In this document: piece by piece, positions 49,059 to 57,595 of the stretch
Position numbering within the stretch: position 1 is the stretch's first letter
Layout: every line of letters starts with the position of its first letter
Origin: Candidatus Latescibacterota bacterium
GTDB lineage: Bacteria; Latescibacterota; UBA2968; UBA8231
DNA: 64,000 nt
Direction: 5' to 3'
NCBI GenBank assembly: GCA_965248265.1
Contig: CBDFJF010000001.1
Location: forward strand, 608,001-672,000
Position numbers and translations under genes: made by a program
The notes under the pieces: model-generated
The model's database searches: none
Seen by the model: the letters and a program-made list of their open reading frames with translations, nothing else
Told to the model about the DNA's origin: nothing

Positions 49059-49149
49059 CGGACACAGAGTCCGATGGTCGGTACCATTCCCTGATGTCCT
49101 CGCGTTCTCGCCGGCGAGCATGTTGGACTGCAATAACCCGGGTTGAGAC

Positions 49150-50355
49150 CTATTTCGTTTCCGCCAGTGCGTCTTCAAGCAACGACACCGGGTAGCACAG
49201 GTAGATCTCCAGATCCTGGCGTCCATCACACGACACTTTCATGACCAGGTGGATTACAGGTGTTCCTCCTGAGTGCGGCTCAATGAAACACGGCTCGGTC
49301 TCAAGCTCAATGTCAACGACGGTCATTTCGCGCACTGGCCGCCATGCTGCTTCCAGTGCCGAGATCATTTCCTTTGCCATGTTGGTGAAAGTCTGCCTCT
49401 CTTCTTGAGTCACCCGGTCCTCTGCAGGACCGAATACGGTCGATTCAATCCAGGACTCACCGAGGGGAGTAGCGAGCCAAGCCTGCGCCAGGGTGTTGAT
49501 GGCTTCGTCGTCAGCGTCTGGCTTCAGGAGTGCGGCACACAGGGGTAGAGAAAGGTCCAGACAGACGCGACCCTCCATCGGCTTCATAGTGAAACAGTAG
49601 TCGCAGCAGAACTTGCCCAGCGACTGAACGTAGTACCCGAACATCCACTCGTGGGCTTCACAGATCTCGACCTCCGCATCCCGTCCCAGCGCCTTGGAAA
49701 ACAGCACCTGCAGCCCTGGCAGTAAACCTTTGTGCAGCTTCTCGGCCGCCTGCAGGTTGCTCTGCACTTGATCGGCAAACTTCTGGTCCTTTGACGGGCG
49801 CTGATCCTGCATGGTCTGACGTGCCATATTGACGAACTCCTTCTTGAGCCGTTTTCTGGCGTTGTGGAGACGGTAGTTGACTGTGGAAACAGGTATTTCC
49901 AGGAAAGCAGCCACTTCCTTCTGTGAAAATTCGCTGATGTAGAAGAGATGAATCACCATGCGCTCCTGCTCTGGCAGCGACTGGAGCACGGCTTGCACAT
50001 GTTCCTTCGTGTCTCTCGATTCCAGAATCTCGCCCGGTCCCCTGTCCTTTGACCGCAGTTGCCCTGCCGCCTCTAGCGACACGAACTCCACGTGTTTCTT
50101 GCGTGTCAGCCGGTCGCAGAACTTGAAGACGATCTTGCGCAACCAGCCTGGAAACGCGTGCGGTCCGTACACACTGGAGAGGTTGAGGAAGGCCTCTGTG
50201 AATGCCTCCTGCGCGATGTCCTCGGCCAAGTGAGGATCCCTCAGGATGGCATTGGCGTAGCCCACGACCATATCCTGAAAGCGTCGGACGATCTCGCCGT
50301 ACGCCTCAACGTCTCCGTTCTGCGCTCTGATCAGGAGCGCCTCTAACTCTTCCAC
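49150..50355 (-). CDS. ECF sigma factor fused to a FliM middle-domain-like C-terminal extension
   Basis: Region 2 (AEDIAQEAF, FPGWLRKI) and region 4 (STVNYRLHNARKRL); C-terminus MKPMEGR...LEAAWRPV...LETEP...YLCYPVSLLE resembles FliM. Confidence 0.8.
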   Translation of the reverse strand: MEELEALLIRAQNGDVEAYGEIVRRFQDMVVGYANAILRDPHLAEDIAQEAFTEAFLNLSSVYGPHAFPGWLRKIVFKFCDRLTRKKHVEFVSLEAAGQLRSKDRGPGEILESRDTKEHVQAVLQSLPEQERMVIHLFYISEFSQKEVAAFLEIPVSTVNYRLHNARKRLKKEFVNMARQTMQDQRPSKDQKFADQVQSNLQAAEKLHKGLLPGLQVLFSKALGRDAEVEICEAHEWMFGYYVQSLGKFCCDYCFTMKPMEGRVCLDLSLPLCAALLKPDADDEAINTLAQAWLATPLGESWIESTVFGPAEDRVTQEERQTFTNMAKEMISALEAAWRPVREMTVVDIELETEPCFIEPHSGGTPVIHLVMKVSCDGRQDLEIYLCYPVSLLEDALAETK

Positions 50356-50570
50356 AAGTTCCGTCTCTGCTGTTCAGAAGGCCTTCACAAGTAAAGAACC
50401 CAGTTTGGCGAGATTTCCTTAGGGATTTTCCCGGTATCAATGCCGAGCCAGCGCGATTTGCACATGACTAGTATTGTAAGTGATTTCACCTGAACAGCTT
50501 ACGCGGATTGCCACGGACGACGCTCGTTCAGCGTGGCATGGATAGGTATCCTCAATTTACGAGAGCGGAG

Positions 50571-50597
50571 AGCCGTCGTTGACAGAGTCCGATTACC
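50571..50597 (+). repeat. 27-bp island site
   Basis: agccgtcg-ttgacagagtc-cgattacc; shares ACAGAGTCCGAT with the intron-2 target. Confidence 0.65.
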
Positions 50598-50723
50598 GCC
50601 CCAAGCATCGGGCCTCAAAGTCTACGACATCGGTGTCCTCCGGTGCGTTTGTGCTACCGGCTCGTGCTGCGATGAACGTAGCCGGTGGGTTTGGCGCAAA
50701 TACCGCGAGAGATAGAGGCAGGG

Positions 50724-51595
50724 ATGTCCGTAGTCAGAGAATTCCGTAACGACGATCTCGAACAGCTCCAGCTCCTGATCAACTCACATGTGGACTGCCT
50801 CGTGCCCGGTTGGAGTCTACCGTTGGAGTACATCGCCAACCGGCTGGTCCGCAATCCCGATGAGTACATTACCGATCCTTTGGTCGTCGAGCGCACCACG
50901 TTGATCACCTTGGTCGAGGACCGCGTGTGCGCCGCCGCTCACCTCCTGAGAAGTGCTGAGGGTGGAGAGATTGAGTGGATTCTTGCGTGGCCCGAAAGCA
51001 AAGGTGCTGGCGCCGCCGTCCTCGACGCCGCGCATCAGCACATGGTTGATTGGGGCGTGGAACACAGCGGCATCGGATTGTCCCTGCCGATCCCGGTCTG
51101 CGGGGGTGTCCCCGATGTCTGGCCGCACATCGCCTCGCGCTCATCACAGACGCCGGATATACGCCCAAGCCGGGATCAGAGGAAGCGGTGTATGGTGGCA
51201 CCGTCACGTTGATTCCCGCCCCAGGTGACCCGCCGGTCGATGGCTTGAGCATCGTGCGCCACATGCGAACCTTTGGAACGCGATTCACCGCAGTGATCGA
51301 CGGGCAGGAGGTGGCCTGCAGCGAAGGGTACGCAGATCTGACCAAGGGGGGGCGATTGCCGAGTTTGTCCGGCTGGGCAGAGATCTCTGAAGTAAGGACC
51401 CAAGAGGCATGGCGACGACAGGGCATCGGCACGTGGGTGATGCAACACTTGGTTGACTGGTTGCGGCTAGGTGGATGCGATCGGTGTTTGTTTCCTGTCA
51501 GCAGTGACGATGAAGAGGAAGGTGCCGGTCCCTTTTATGAAAGCTTCGGATGGATGCCCTTCACGCGATCGATCAAGTGGTGGGAACGTACGTGA
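50724..51595 (+). pseudogene. Frameshifted tandem GNAT acetyltransferase
   Basis: N-terminal half (MSVVREFR...WPHIAS) and C-terminal half (LITDAGY...WRRQGIG...FYESFGW) lie in different frames; shift near 51138. Confidence 0.75.
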
Positions 51596-51642
51596 GCCCG
51601 CAGAGCCGGGTCCGCTGACTCGGTGGCCGACGACGAACACCA

Positions 51643-51669
51643 GTCCGTCACCGACAGCATCCGACGGGC
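51643..51669 (+). repeat. 27-bp island site
   Basis: gtccgtca-ccgacagcatc-cgacgggc. Confidence 0.75.
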
Positions 51670-51789
51670 ACGGCCCCCTTGTGACCATGTACGACGAGTG
51701 TCATTTTTCGGATTTCACGGACCAGTAGTTTGCCGAGACTTATGGGCGTGGGATTTCGATCCTGCGACGTATCCGGACTCGTTACAACA

Positions 51790-52572
51790 ATGAAAATCGC
51801 CCTGATGTCAGATGTACACGGTAACACGATTGCCTTGGACGCCGTGCTTACCGACATCCGCTCCATGGGTGGCGTTGACGCGCACTGGTTCGTCGGAGAC
51901 CACGTGGCCATAGGTGCTGATCCCAACGGTGTCCTTGAGCGCATCGGCAACTTGTCGAATGCCTTCTTCACTCGAGGCAACACGGACCGCTATGTCGTAA
52001 CTGGTGACCGACCTGGCCCGAGCTTGGCTGCAGTTGAGGACGACACAGATCTTCTACCGAAGCTCGTAGAAGTCTGTAATAGCTTCGCTTGGACTCAGGG
52101 AATGGTGACCGCTGGAGGTTGGCTCGAGTGGCTCTCTGCCCTTCCTCTCGACAAAGATGCAGTCCTGCCAGACGGGACCCGATTGCTAGCAGTACACGCC
52201 TCGCCTGGACGAGATGATGGGCGGGGCTACCATCCACGCTCCAGTACCGACGAGCTTGCAGAACTGTTTTCCGATATTGATTACGATCTGGTGTGCGTTG
52301 GCCATACGCACTCGGCAATAGAGATGGAGCTCAATGGAGTCACGCTGTTCAATCTGGGATCCATTAGCAATCCGCATGCAGCTGATCTGCGGGCAAGCTA
52401 TGCCATCTGTCACTCCGATGAGAGGGGATTCCGAATGGAGCGGCGGAAAGTCCGGTACGATCTGGATGCAGCCATCGACGCGGTCAGGAAGAGCTGTCAC
52501 CCAGCAGCTGACTACATCATTTCCCATTTCAAGGGCGAATTCAGCCCCACCTGGTCACAGTGGAAGCAATAG
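51790..52572 (+). CDS. Metallophosphoesterase (YfcE-like)
   Basis: SDVHGN, GDHV, RGNTD, HAS, GHTH, NLGS. Confidence 0.9.
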   Translation: MKIALMSDVHGNTIALDAVLTDIRSMGGVDAHWFVGDHVAIGADPNGVLERIGNLSNAFFTRGNTDRYVVTGDRPGPSLAAVEDDTDLLPKLVEVCNSFAWTQGMVTAGGWLEWLSALPLDKDAVLPDGTRLLAVHASPGRDDGRGYHPRSSTDELAELFSDIDYDLVCVGHTHSAIEMELNGVTLFNLGSISNPHAADLRASYAICHSDERGFRMERRKVRYDLDAAIDAVRKSCHPAADYIISHFKGEFSPTWSQWKQ

Positions 52573-52576
52573 TTAC

Positions 52577-52603
52577 AGGCGTCACGCCATACGTCCGTCG
52601 CTC
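52577..52603 (+). repeat. Degenerate 27-bp island site
   Basis: aggcgtca-cgccatacgtc-cgtcgctc, 4 nt after a stop codon. Confidence 0.45.
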
Positions 52604-52631
52604 CTATGTTGCCGGCCGACAGAACTATTCC

Positions 52632-52661
52632 ACTGTAGGACTGCGACTGTAGGACTGCGAC
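52632..52661. repeat. 14-bp tandem duplication
   Basis: ACTGTAGGACTGCG x2 plus AC, immediately before the Nudix start codon. Confidence 0.9.
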
Positions 52662-52662
52662 A

Positions 52663-53088
52663 ATGACCGACCGAAGAAAGGAAACACCCTGGCCGTTCGT
52701 GAAGGCGGGCGTGGCTGGGGTACTGCTTAGAGGTGACCGCATCCTGATGGTCCGGAGAAGATACGGAGCTAAGAGAGGAAGCTGGTGCATTCCTTGCGGA
52801 AACGTTGAGATGGGTGAGGATGTCAGAGATGCTGTCAGACGCGAGATTCATGAAGAGACTGGACTGGACGTAGCGGTCGGTGAGGTCGTCGATGTACTAT
52901 CGACACATCACTCACCAGAGAGGAGCGTTGTCGGAGTGTGGTTTCACGTCACAGAGCAAGGCGGAGACCTGGTTGCGGGAGACGATGCGGCCGAGGTCCG
53001 TCTTTTCCCTCTTGATGAACCACCAACAGAGATGGCATTCGAGGCAGATCTGCAGATAATTGAGCGACTCAGAAACTCCATCGAGTAA
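52663..53088 (+). CDS. Nudix hydrolase
   Basis: GNVEMGEDVRDAVRREIHEETGL Nudix box. Confidence 0.9.
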   Translation: MTDRRKETPWPFVKAGVAGVLLRGDRILMVRRRYGAKRGSWCIPCGNVEMGEDVRDAVRREIHEETGLDVAVGEVVDVLSTHHSPERSVVGVWFHVTEQGGDLVAGDDAAEVRLFPLDEPPTEMAFEADLQIIERLRNSIE

Positions 53089-53667
53089 ATGGATAAGACT
53101 CTGATCGTCTGGCGAAGAACCGGCAAGGAACACGGCGAGGATTCATTTCAGGTTAACCCTCCGGAGTTGATCGATGAGCACCTCCGAAGCAAGATTGAGC
53201 AGGTGCGCGCTACACAAGACGACGAGTGGCGATGGTATCAGATCAACGACGAGGTGCTGGTAGAGATTCCCGAGCCCGACGAACACTACAAGCCCTCCAG
53301 TCGGATCTACTACCTGCCAAAACGGCACTGTGTGGCCATAGCCGATCTGAGATTCGGTGGATTCCGCCGTGAAAAACAGCCTTGGGAACCGGAGTTGTTC
53401 TGGTATGTCCACGTCGGAGCGATAGAGTTCGATCAGAAATATGGCTCGTGGGTATTCACCGACCTATTCGCAGACGTAGTGGCGTCTCGCGATGGGCTGA
53501 TTTACCGGGTCAAGGACCTTGACGATGTGGCAGAGGTGATGCGGCTCGGCCTGATCGATCAGCAGAAAGCTGCCTTCATCCTTGACCGTACGCATGATCT
53601 GATTGAGGCGATGAAGATGAACGAATTCCCCTTCCCCGAGCTTCAGAAGGCCATGGATGAAGATTGA
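53089..53667 (+). CDS. DUF402-like protein
   Basis: WYVHVG...FTDLFADVV...VKDLDD pattern. Confidence 0.6.
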   Translation: MDKTLIVWRRTGKEHGEDSFQVNPPELIDEHLRSKIEQVRATQDDEWRWYQINDEVLVEIPEPDEHYKPSSRIYYLPKRHCVAIADLRFGGFRREKQPWEPELFWYVHVGAIEFDQKYGSWVFTDLFADVVASRDGLIYRVKDLDDVAEVMRLGLIDQQKAAFILDRTHDLIEAMKMNEFPFPELQKAMDED

Positions 53668-53701
53668 AACTTACGCTAACGATCCAGACGCTCGTACGTA
53701 C

Positions 53702-53728
53702 GACCATCTCCTCTACAGGACGATGCTC
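53702..53728 (+). repeat. 27-bp island site
   Basis: gaccatct-cctctacagga-cgatgctc. Confidence 0.65.
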
Positions 53729-53837
53729 GGTTTTCTGCCTGATTCGTGAAAGCGGCCAAAGGTTCGTGGAACAGCCTATTTCGTTGGATTGTGCGAACCT
53801 TTGTTCGCATATAACCAGTTTGAAAGCGAGTGAGAGT

Positions 53838-54464
53838 ATGGCAGCTGACATGCGCGAAACAGACGTTGGTCACTATCTGCAGCGGTCTGAGGTGATGGAC
53901 TTTGAAGACGAAGACGTGTTGCGGCAGGCGCATGAGTTGGCCGCAGGCAGTACGGATCCAGCTGCCATCGCGAAGCGCTGTTTCGAGTGGGTGCGGGACG
54001 AGATCAAACACAGTGGGGATTTCCAGATGGACCCGACCACGTGCAAAGCCTCGGAGGTTCTCCGCCACGGATCCGGTTGGTGCTTCGCGAAAAGCCACCT
54101 GCTAGCGGCATTTCTTAGGGCCAACGGAGTACCTGCAGGTCTGTGTTACCAGCGACTTGCGCGCAACGGGCGAACCGCACTATTCACCCTGCATGGATTG
54201 AATGCAGTTCACTTGCCCGAGTATGGCTGGTACCGCGTTGATCCGCGTGGCAACAGACCGGGTGTGAACGCGGAGTTCGCTCCACCCAGGGAGCAGCTGG
54301 CCTGGCCGATCAAGGTTTCAGGGGAAGGCGACTTGCCTGGGGTCTATTCCGATCCACTACCAGAGATTGTTTCCCTGTTGAATAGCCACGCCACGTGGCG
54401 GGGAGTGCGTGACAACCTGCCTGACACAGCAGTACCAGTTTCACAGGGAGACGCCATCACATAA
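53838..54464 (+). CDS. Transglutaminase-like protein (integron cassette)
   Basis: WVRDEIKHS, GWCFAKSHLLAA, HGLNAV, WYRVDPRG; stop codon lies in the attC R'' box. Confidence 0.9.
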   Translation: MAADMRETDVGHYLQRSEVMDFEDEDVLRQAHELAAGSTDPAAIAKRCFEWVRDEIKHSGDFQMDPTTCKASEVLRHGSGWCFAKSHLLAAFLRANGVPAGLCYQRLARNGRTALFTLHGLNAVHLPEYGWYRVDPRGNRPGVNAEFAPPREQLAWPIKVSGEGDLPGVYSDPLPEIVSLLNSHATWRGVRDNLPDTAVPVSQGDAIT

Positions 54465-54548
54465 CAACTCCATACCTGCTTCGTCGCTTCGCTCCTCGGC
54501 CTTGGGGCAACGGCCTGCGGCCGTTCAGGTATGGGTAAGACGTTAGCC
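54459..54548 (+). mobile_element. Integron attC site 1 (90 bp)
   Basis: R'' ACATAAC, inner IR CATACCTG/CAGGTATG, R' GTTAGCC. Confidence 0.85.
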
Positions 54549-54588
54549 GAAAGCGAATCATGTCCTGACACATAATGTCGAGGTTGCA

Positions 54589-55245
54589 ATGGAACGCATT
54601 ATTGCGAATCTCTATCGCTGTAGCAGCGCGAAAAGTAAGAAGGAAAACACTCACACCTATTTTCTCCAAAGAGACGAGGGCAACTTACTGGTCTGCCACC
54701 AAACAGCTCCCTCGAGCGAAGACCTTGATCAGATCGAGGGATTGGGCGGGATTGGAAGTCAATGGGTGTGTCACCAACATGATCTCATCGGAAACGGCCT
54801 CCACGACGAACTCTACGAACGCTTCGGATGTATGCTCCATCATCATCGTGCCGATGTGAAAGGAGTGCGCAAGAAGACTAAGTGTCCTGAGGTGCAGTTC
54901 GGCAACGATGGCTTGGAACACGGCTCAGATTTCGAAGCGTTGTATTTCCCCTGCTGCACAGATGGATTCACGATTTACCGATGGCGTGACAGAAGCAAGT
55001 ACTTTCTGATATCGAGTCACGCAATCTGCATGCGTGATGGAGAGTGGAGAGTACATTTTCCGTACCCCGCGTACCGCAATGACCTCCTGCGACCTCAGAT
55101 CGCCAAACTCGCCAAGACGAGAGTGGACTACGTGTTACCAGGGTACACGGCGCCAGACGAAGATGAATACTACCGCCTCAACGATCAGTCGAGGAAGTCT
55201 CTTTCTGCGACTTTGAGGGCAAGATCTCGGGCAGACACTGAGTAG
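54589..55245 (+). CDS. Metallo-beta-lactamase-fold-like protein (integron cassette)
   Basis: TYFLQRDEGNLLV, HQHD, HHHRAD, YVLPG. Confidence 0.65.
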   Translation: MERIIANLYRCSSAKSKKENTHTYFLQRDEGNLLVCHQTAPSSEDLDQIEGLGGIGSQWVCHQHDLIGNGLHDELYERFGCMLHHHRADVKGVRKKTKCPEVQFGNDGLEHGSDFEALYFPCCTDGFTIYRWRDRSKYFLISSHAICMRDGEWRVHFPYPAYRNDLLRPQIAKLAKTRVDYVLPGYTAPDEDEYYRLNDQSRKSLSATLRARSRADTE

Positions 55246-55274
55246 GCGGCTGCAGATGACCGGAACTCGCCTTC

Positions 55275-55370
55275 GGCTAACAGCACGCTTTGGGCTGCGG
55301 CGCGTTCGCGCCTTGGTCTTCGGCGGCGCCTCGGCAAGCTCGGCGTTCGCAAACCGGCAAAACGTTATGT
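55275..55370 (+). mobile_element. Integron attC site 2 (96 bp)
   Basis: R'' GGCTAAC (complement of the previous R'), GC-rich internal hairpins, R' GTTATGT. Confidence 0.8.
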
Positions 55371-55421
55371 GAAACCGTCTCGAGCGCTAGGCGGTCGAGC
55401 GAGGAAGGGGAGGGCATCGAG

Positions 55422-55958
55422 GTGAGGACACTCTACACGGTTGCGTATCCGGAGTTGGACGTGTCCGACGCAGAGTTCATTGCCCGCTTTCGGGACCAGC
55501 ACGATCTGCCGTACCGCGACGTTGTGGGAGCGCATTTCACGCTCGTGTTTGGCTATGAAGCGGAGGGTGAAGCAGCCTACCTCGACCATGTGAAGTCGGT
55601 TGTCGCGAGGCGGGCCCCTATCGATTTCCACTGTCGGTACGCGATGCTAGGCGACGACGCGACGAGCGACACGGCCCACGTGTTCCTGGTCCCCGATGAA
55701 GGGTACAGCTCCATGTCACTGCTGCACGACTCGCTGTATAGGGAATTGCTCGCCGATTATCTTCGATTGGATGTAGCCTACACGCCGCACATCACGATCG
55801 GGACGCTGGAGGACAGTCGAGTCGCGAAACGCCTGTGCGACGAGTTGAACGAGCAGAAGGTGGACATTCGCGGTCGAGTCGACGCCGTGACGGTCGGCGC
55901 TTTGGTCGGTGGGACACTGGAGGACGTGGCGACGTTTCCGTTGGCGGGCGAAGGTTAG
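55422..55958 (+). CDS. 2H phosphoesterase (2'-5' RNA ligase family; integron cassette)
   Basis: Two HxT motifs: AHFTLV and PHITIG. Confidence 0.85.
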   Translation: MRTLYTVAYPELDVSDAEFIARFRDQHDLPYRDVVGAHFTLVFGYEAEGEAAYLDHVKSVVARRAPIDFHCRYAMLGDDATSDTAHVFLVPDEGYSSMSLLHDSLYRELLADYLRLDVAYTPHITIGTLEDSRVAKRLCDELNEQKVDIRGRVDAVTVGALVGGTLEDVATFPLAGEG

Positions 55959-55998
55959 ACGCCAGCGGGAGCCAGTGAGCATTGCGGCCGACGGCTAC

Positions 55999-56088
55999 AC
56001 ATAACAGGTCCACTGGCGGCTGCGGGCCTTCGGCTCTCTGCGAATACCCGCCTTACTGCGGGCGTCGCCAGTGGCCAAGACGTTACCT
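55999..56088 (+). mobile_element. Integron attC site 3 (90 bp)
   Basis: R'' ACATAAC (complement of the previous R'), inner IR CACTGGCG/CGCCAGTG, R' GTTACCT. Confidence 0.85.
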
Positions 56089-56134
56089 GAAATTGAAGAG
56101 AAGGTAGCTGGGGGATGGCACACGTTCGGAGATA

Positions 56135-56677
56135 GTGAGAATTCAGGTGGACGAGACGATTGTACGGAAGCTATCAGAATTCGAGGCACAATGGCGTGAA
56201 AAATATGAGGCTGAAAGGAAACAGCTTCTCACAGTTTTCGGGGATGCCGCGCTTGAAATTGAGCATATCGGCGGGACCGCCGTCGATGGTCTGACGTCTA
56301 AGCCAGTCATTGACATTGCCGTGATGATCGAGCGTCGAGAAGACGCCGACAGTTTCAGTGAAGCTCTGGCTAGTCTGGACTACACCTTCAGGTCACTCAG
56401 TACCGAGCGGCATTTCTATGTAAAGGGGAGGCCGCGCGAGTTTCACCTGTCTGTTGCCTACGCCGACGAGGGTGGTTTTTGGCCGAGGCAGATCCTGTTC
56501 CGCGACTATCTACGCACTCACCCCGAAGCTCGCAGAGAATACGCACAGCTAAAGACCGAGCTGTTGAGTGGAGATCCATCTGGTGAGACGTATTCGGAAG
56601 GTAAAACAGATTTTGTATACCGCATCCTAAATTTGGCGGGTTGGAAGACCGGCGAGAAATACAGTCCACGCAGTTGA
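56135..56677 (+). CDS. GrpB (UPF0157) family nucleotidyltransferase-like protein
   Basis: IEHIGGTAV, KPVIDI, FRDYLR, YAQLK, YSEGK. Confidence 0.88.
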   Translation: MRIQVDETIVRKLSEFEAQWREKYEAERKQLLTVFGDAALEIEHIGGTAVDGLTSKPVIDIAVMIERREDADSFSEALASLDYTFRSLSTERHFYVKGRPREFHLSVAYADEGGFWPRQILFRDYLRTHPEARREYAQLKTELLSGDPSGETYSEGKTDFVYRILNLAGWKTGEKYSPRS

Positions 56678-56724
56678 TGATGAGGCGATCCCATCCTGAA
56701 TGTGCGAACTGTTGCCTCGCCGCC

Positions 56725-56751
56725 GCCCGTCAGATCCTATATCTGATGCCC
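56725..56751 (+). repeat. 27-bp island site
   Basis: gcccgtca-gatcctatatc-tgatgccc; inner TCAGAT/ATCTGA palindrome. Confidence 0.75.
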
Positions 56752-56799
56752 GGCCCCCTACATGCAATTCGTTGTTGATATTCCTCGCGGAGGGCGATA

Positions 56800-57399
56800 A
56801 TGCAAACAAGATGGCATGATCTCGTTTTGACGTTGGCACTGTCCGCAAACGCATCGCTGGTAGGCTGTGCGACTCCTGCGCGCCAACTGGTCCCGGACGA
56901 CACCGAAATCCTTTCCCTTACCGCTCGGCACGATGCCTCGATCCTGGCCGTCGATCGCACCGACCACGCCAAAGATTGGATCGGCGAGTATAAGGGCCGT
57001 GGCGATTTTTTCAACGGGCAATTTTGGGAGCGCCAGAGGGCCACTCGGGTGTTTTTTAATTATGGCCGAAGAACAGCCGATGGCCGCCGAACTATTTCAA
57101 TGGGTGGATTCACTAATAGAATCGATGCTCATGAGGGGCATTTTGCCATTCACGACATAGAACTGGGCGAGTCAAGTGAGGTGAAGGGAGTTTTCGGAGG
57201 ATTCCCTGCCGATAAAGGGCTGCGTCGAAATCGCGAAAGATTGGAGTATACCTTCTCGTTGAATGACGATGGAATTGAGGGGCATGTAAAGCAATACTGG
57301 GCGGAAGGCGAGGACGGGCCGTTTGTCCCCAGGAAACAATGGGTTTTTGAATTGAAGAAGAACCGCGTAGACCGGGGCTTAGTTGGTTTTCCTCAATGA
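56800..57399 (+). CDS. Hypothetical lipoprotein
   Basis: RBS GGAGG, lipobox-like LVGC; more AT-rich than its neighbours. Confidence 0.55.
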   Translation: MQTRWHDLVLTLALSANASLVGCATPARQLVPDDTEILSLTARHDASILAVDRTDHAKDWIGEYKGRGDFFNGQFWERQRATRVFFNYGRRTADGRRTISMGGFTNRIDAHEGHFAIHDIELGESSEVKGVFGGFPADKGLRRNRERLEYTFSLNDDGIEGHVKQYWAEGEDGPFVPRKQWVFELKKNRVDRGLVGFPQ

Positions 57400-57592
57400 T
57401 GAAAGGCCCGAAAGCAGTCGTGTCATGGATGGCTACTGTTTCGAGGCGTGCGACCCGATCCGGGTCGACAGCGTTCGTCATCGGGTGACGTGGAACGGCA
57501 GCCCCGACGTGAGCAAGCTGGCCGGCCAGCCGATTCGGCTGCGCTTTCACATGGCGTTCGCCAGCTTGTACGCTTTTGGGTTCAAGGAGTGA
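57383..57592 (+). pseudogene. Orphan C-terminal fragment of a beta-propeller/glycosidase-like protein
   Basis: GYCFEACDPIRVDSVRHRVTW...LAGQPIRLRFHM...LYAFGF is a recognisable C-terminal module; its N-terminus is absent. Confidence 0.55.
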
Positions 57593-57595
57593 CGG

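Noticed and set aside
53674-53790. Fourth attC site (CGCTAAC ... GTTGGAT)
   Set aside because: No convincing L-box pairing, and the putative R' does not complement the next R'' (ACATAAC).
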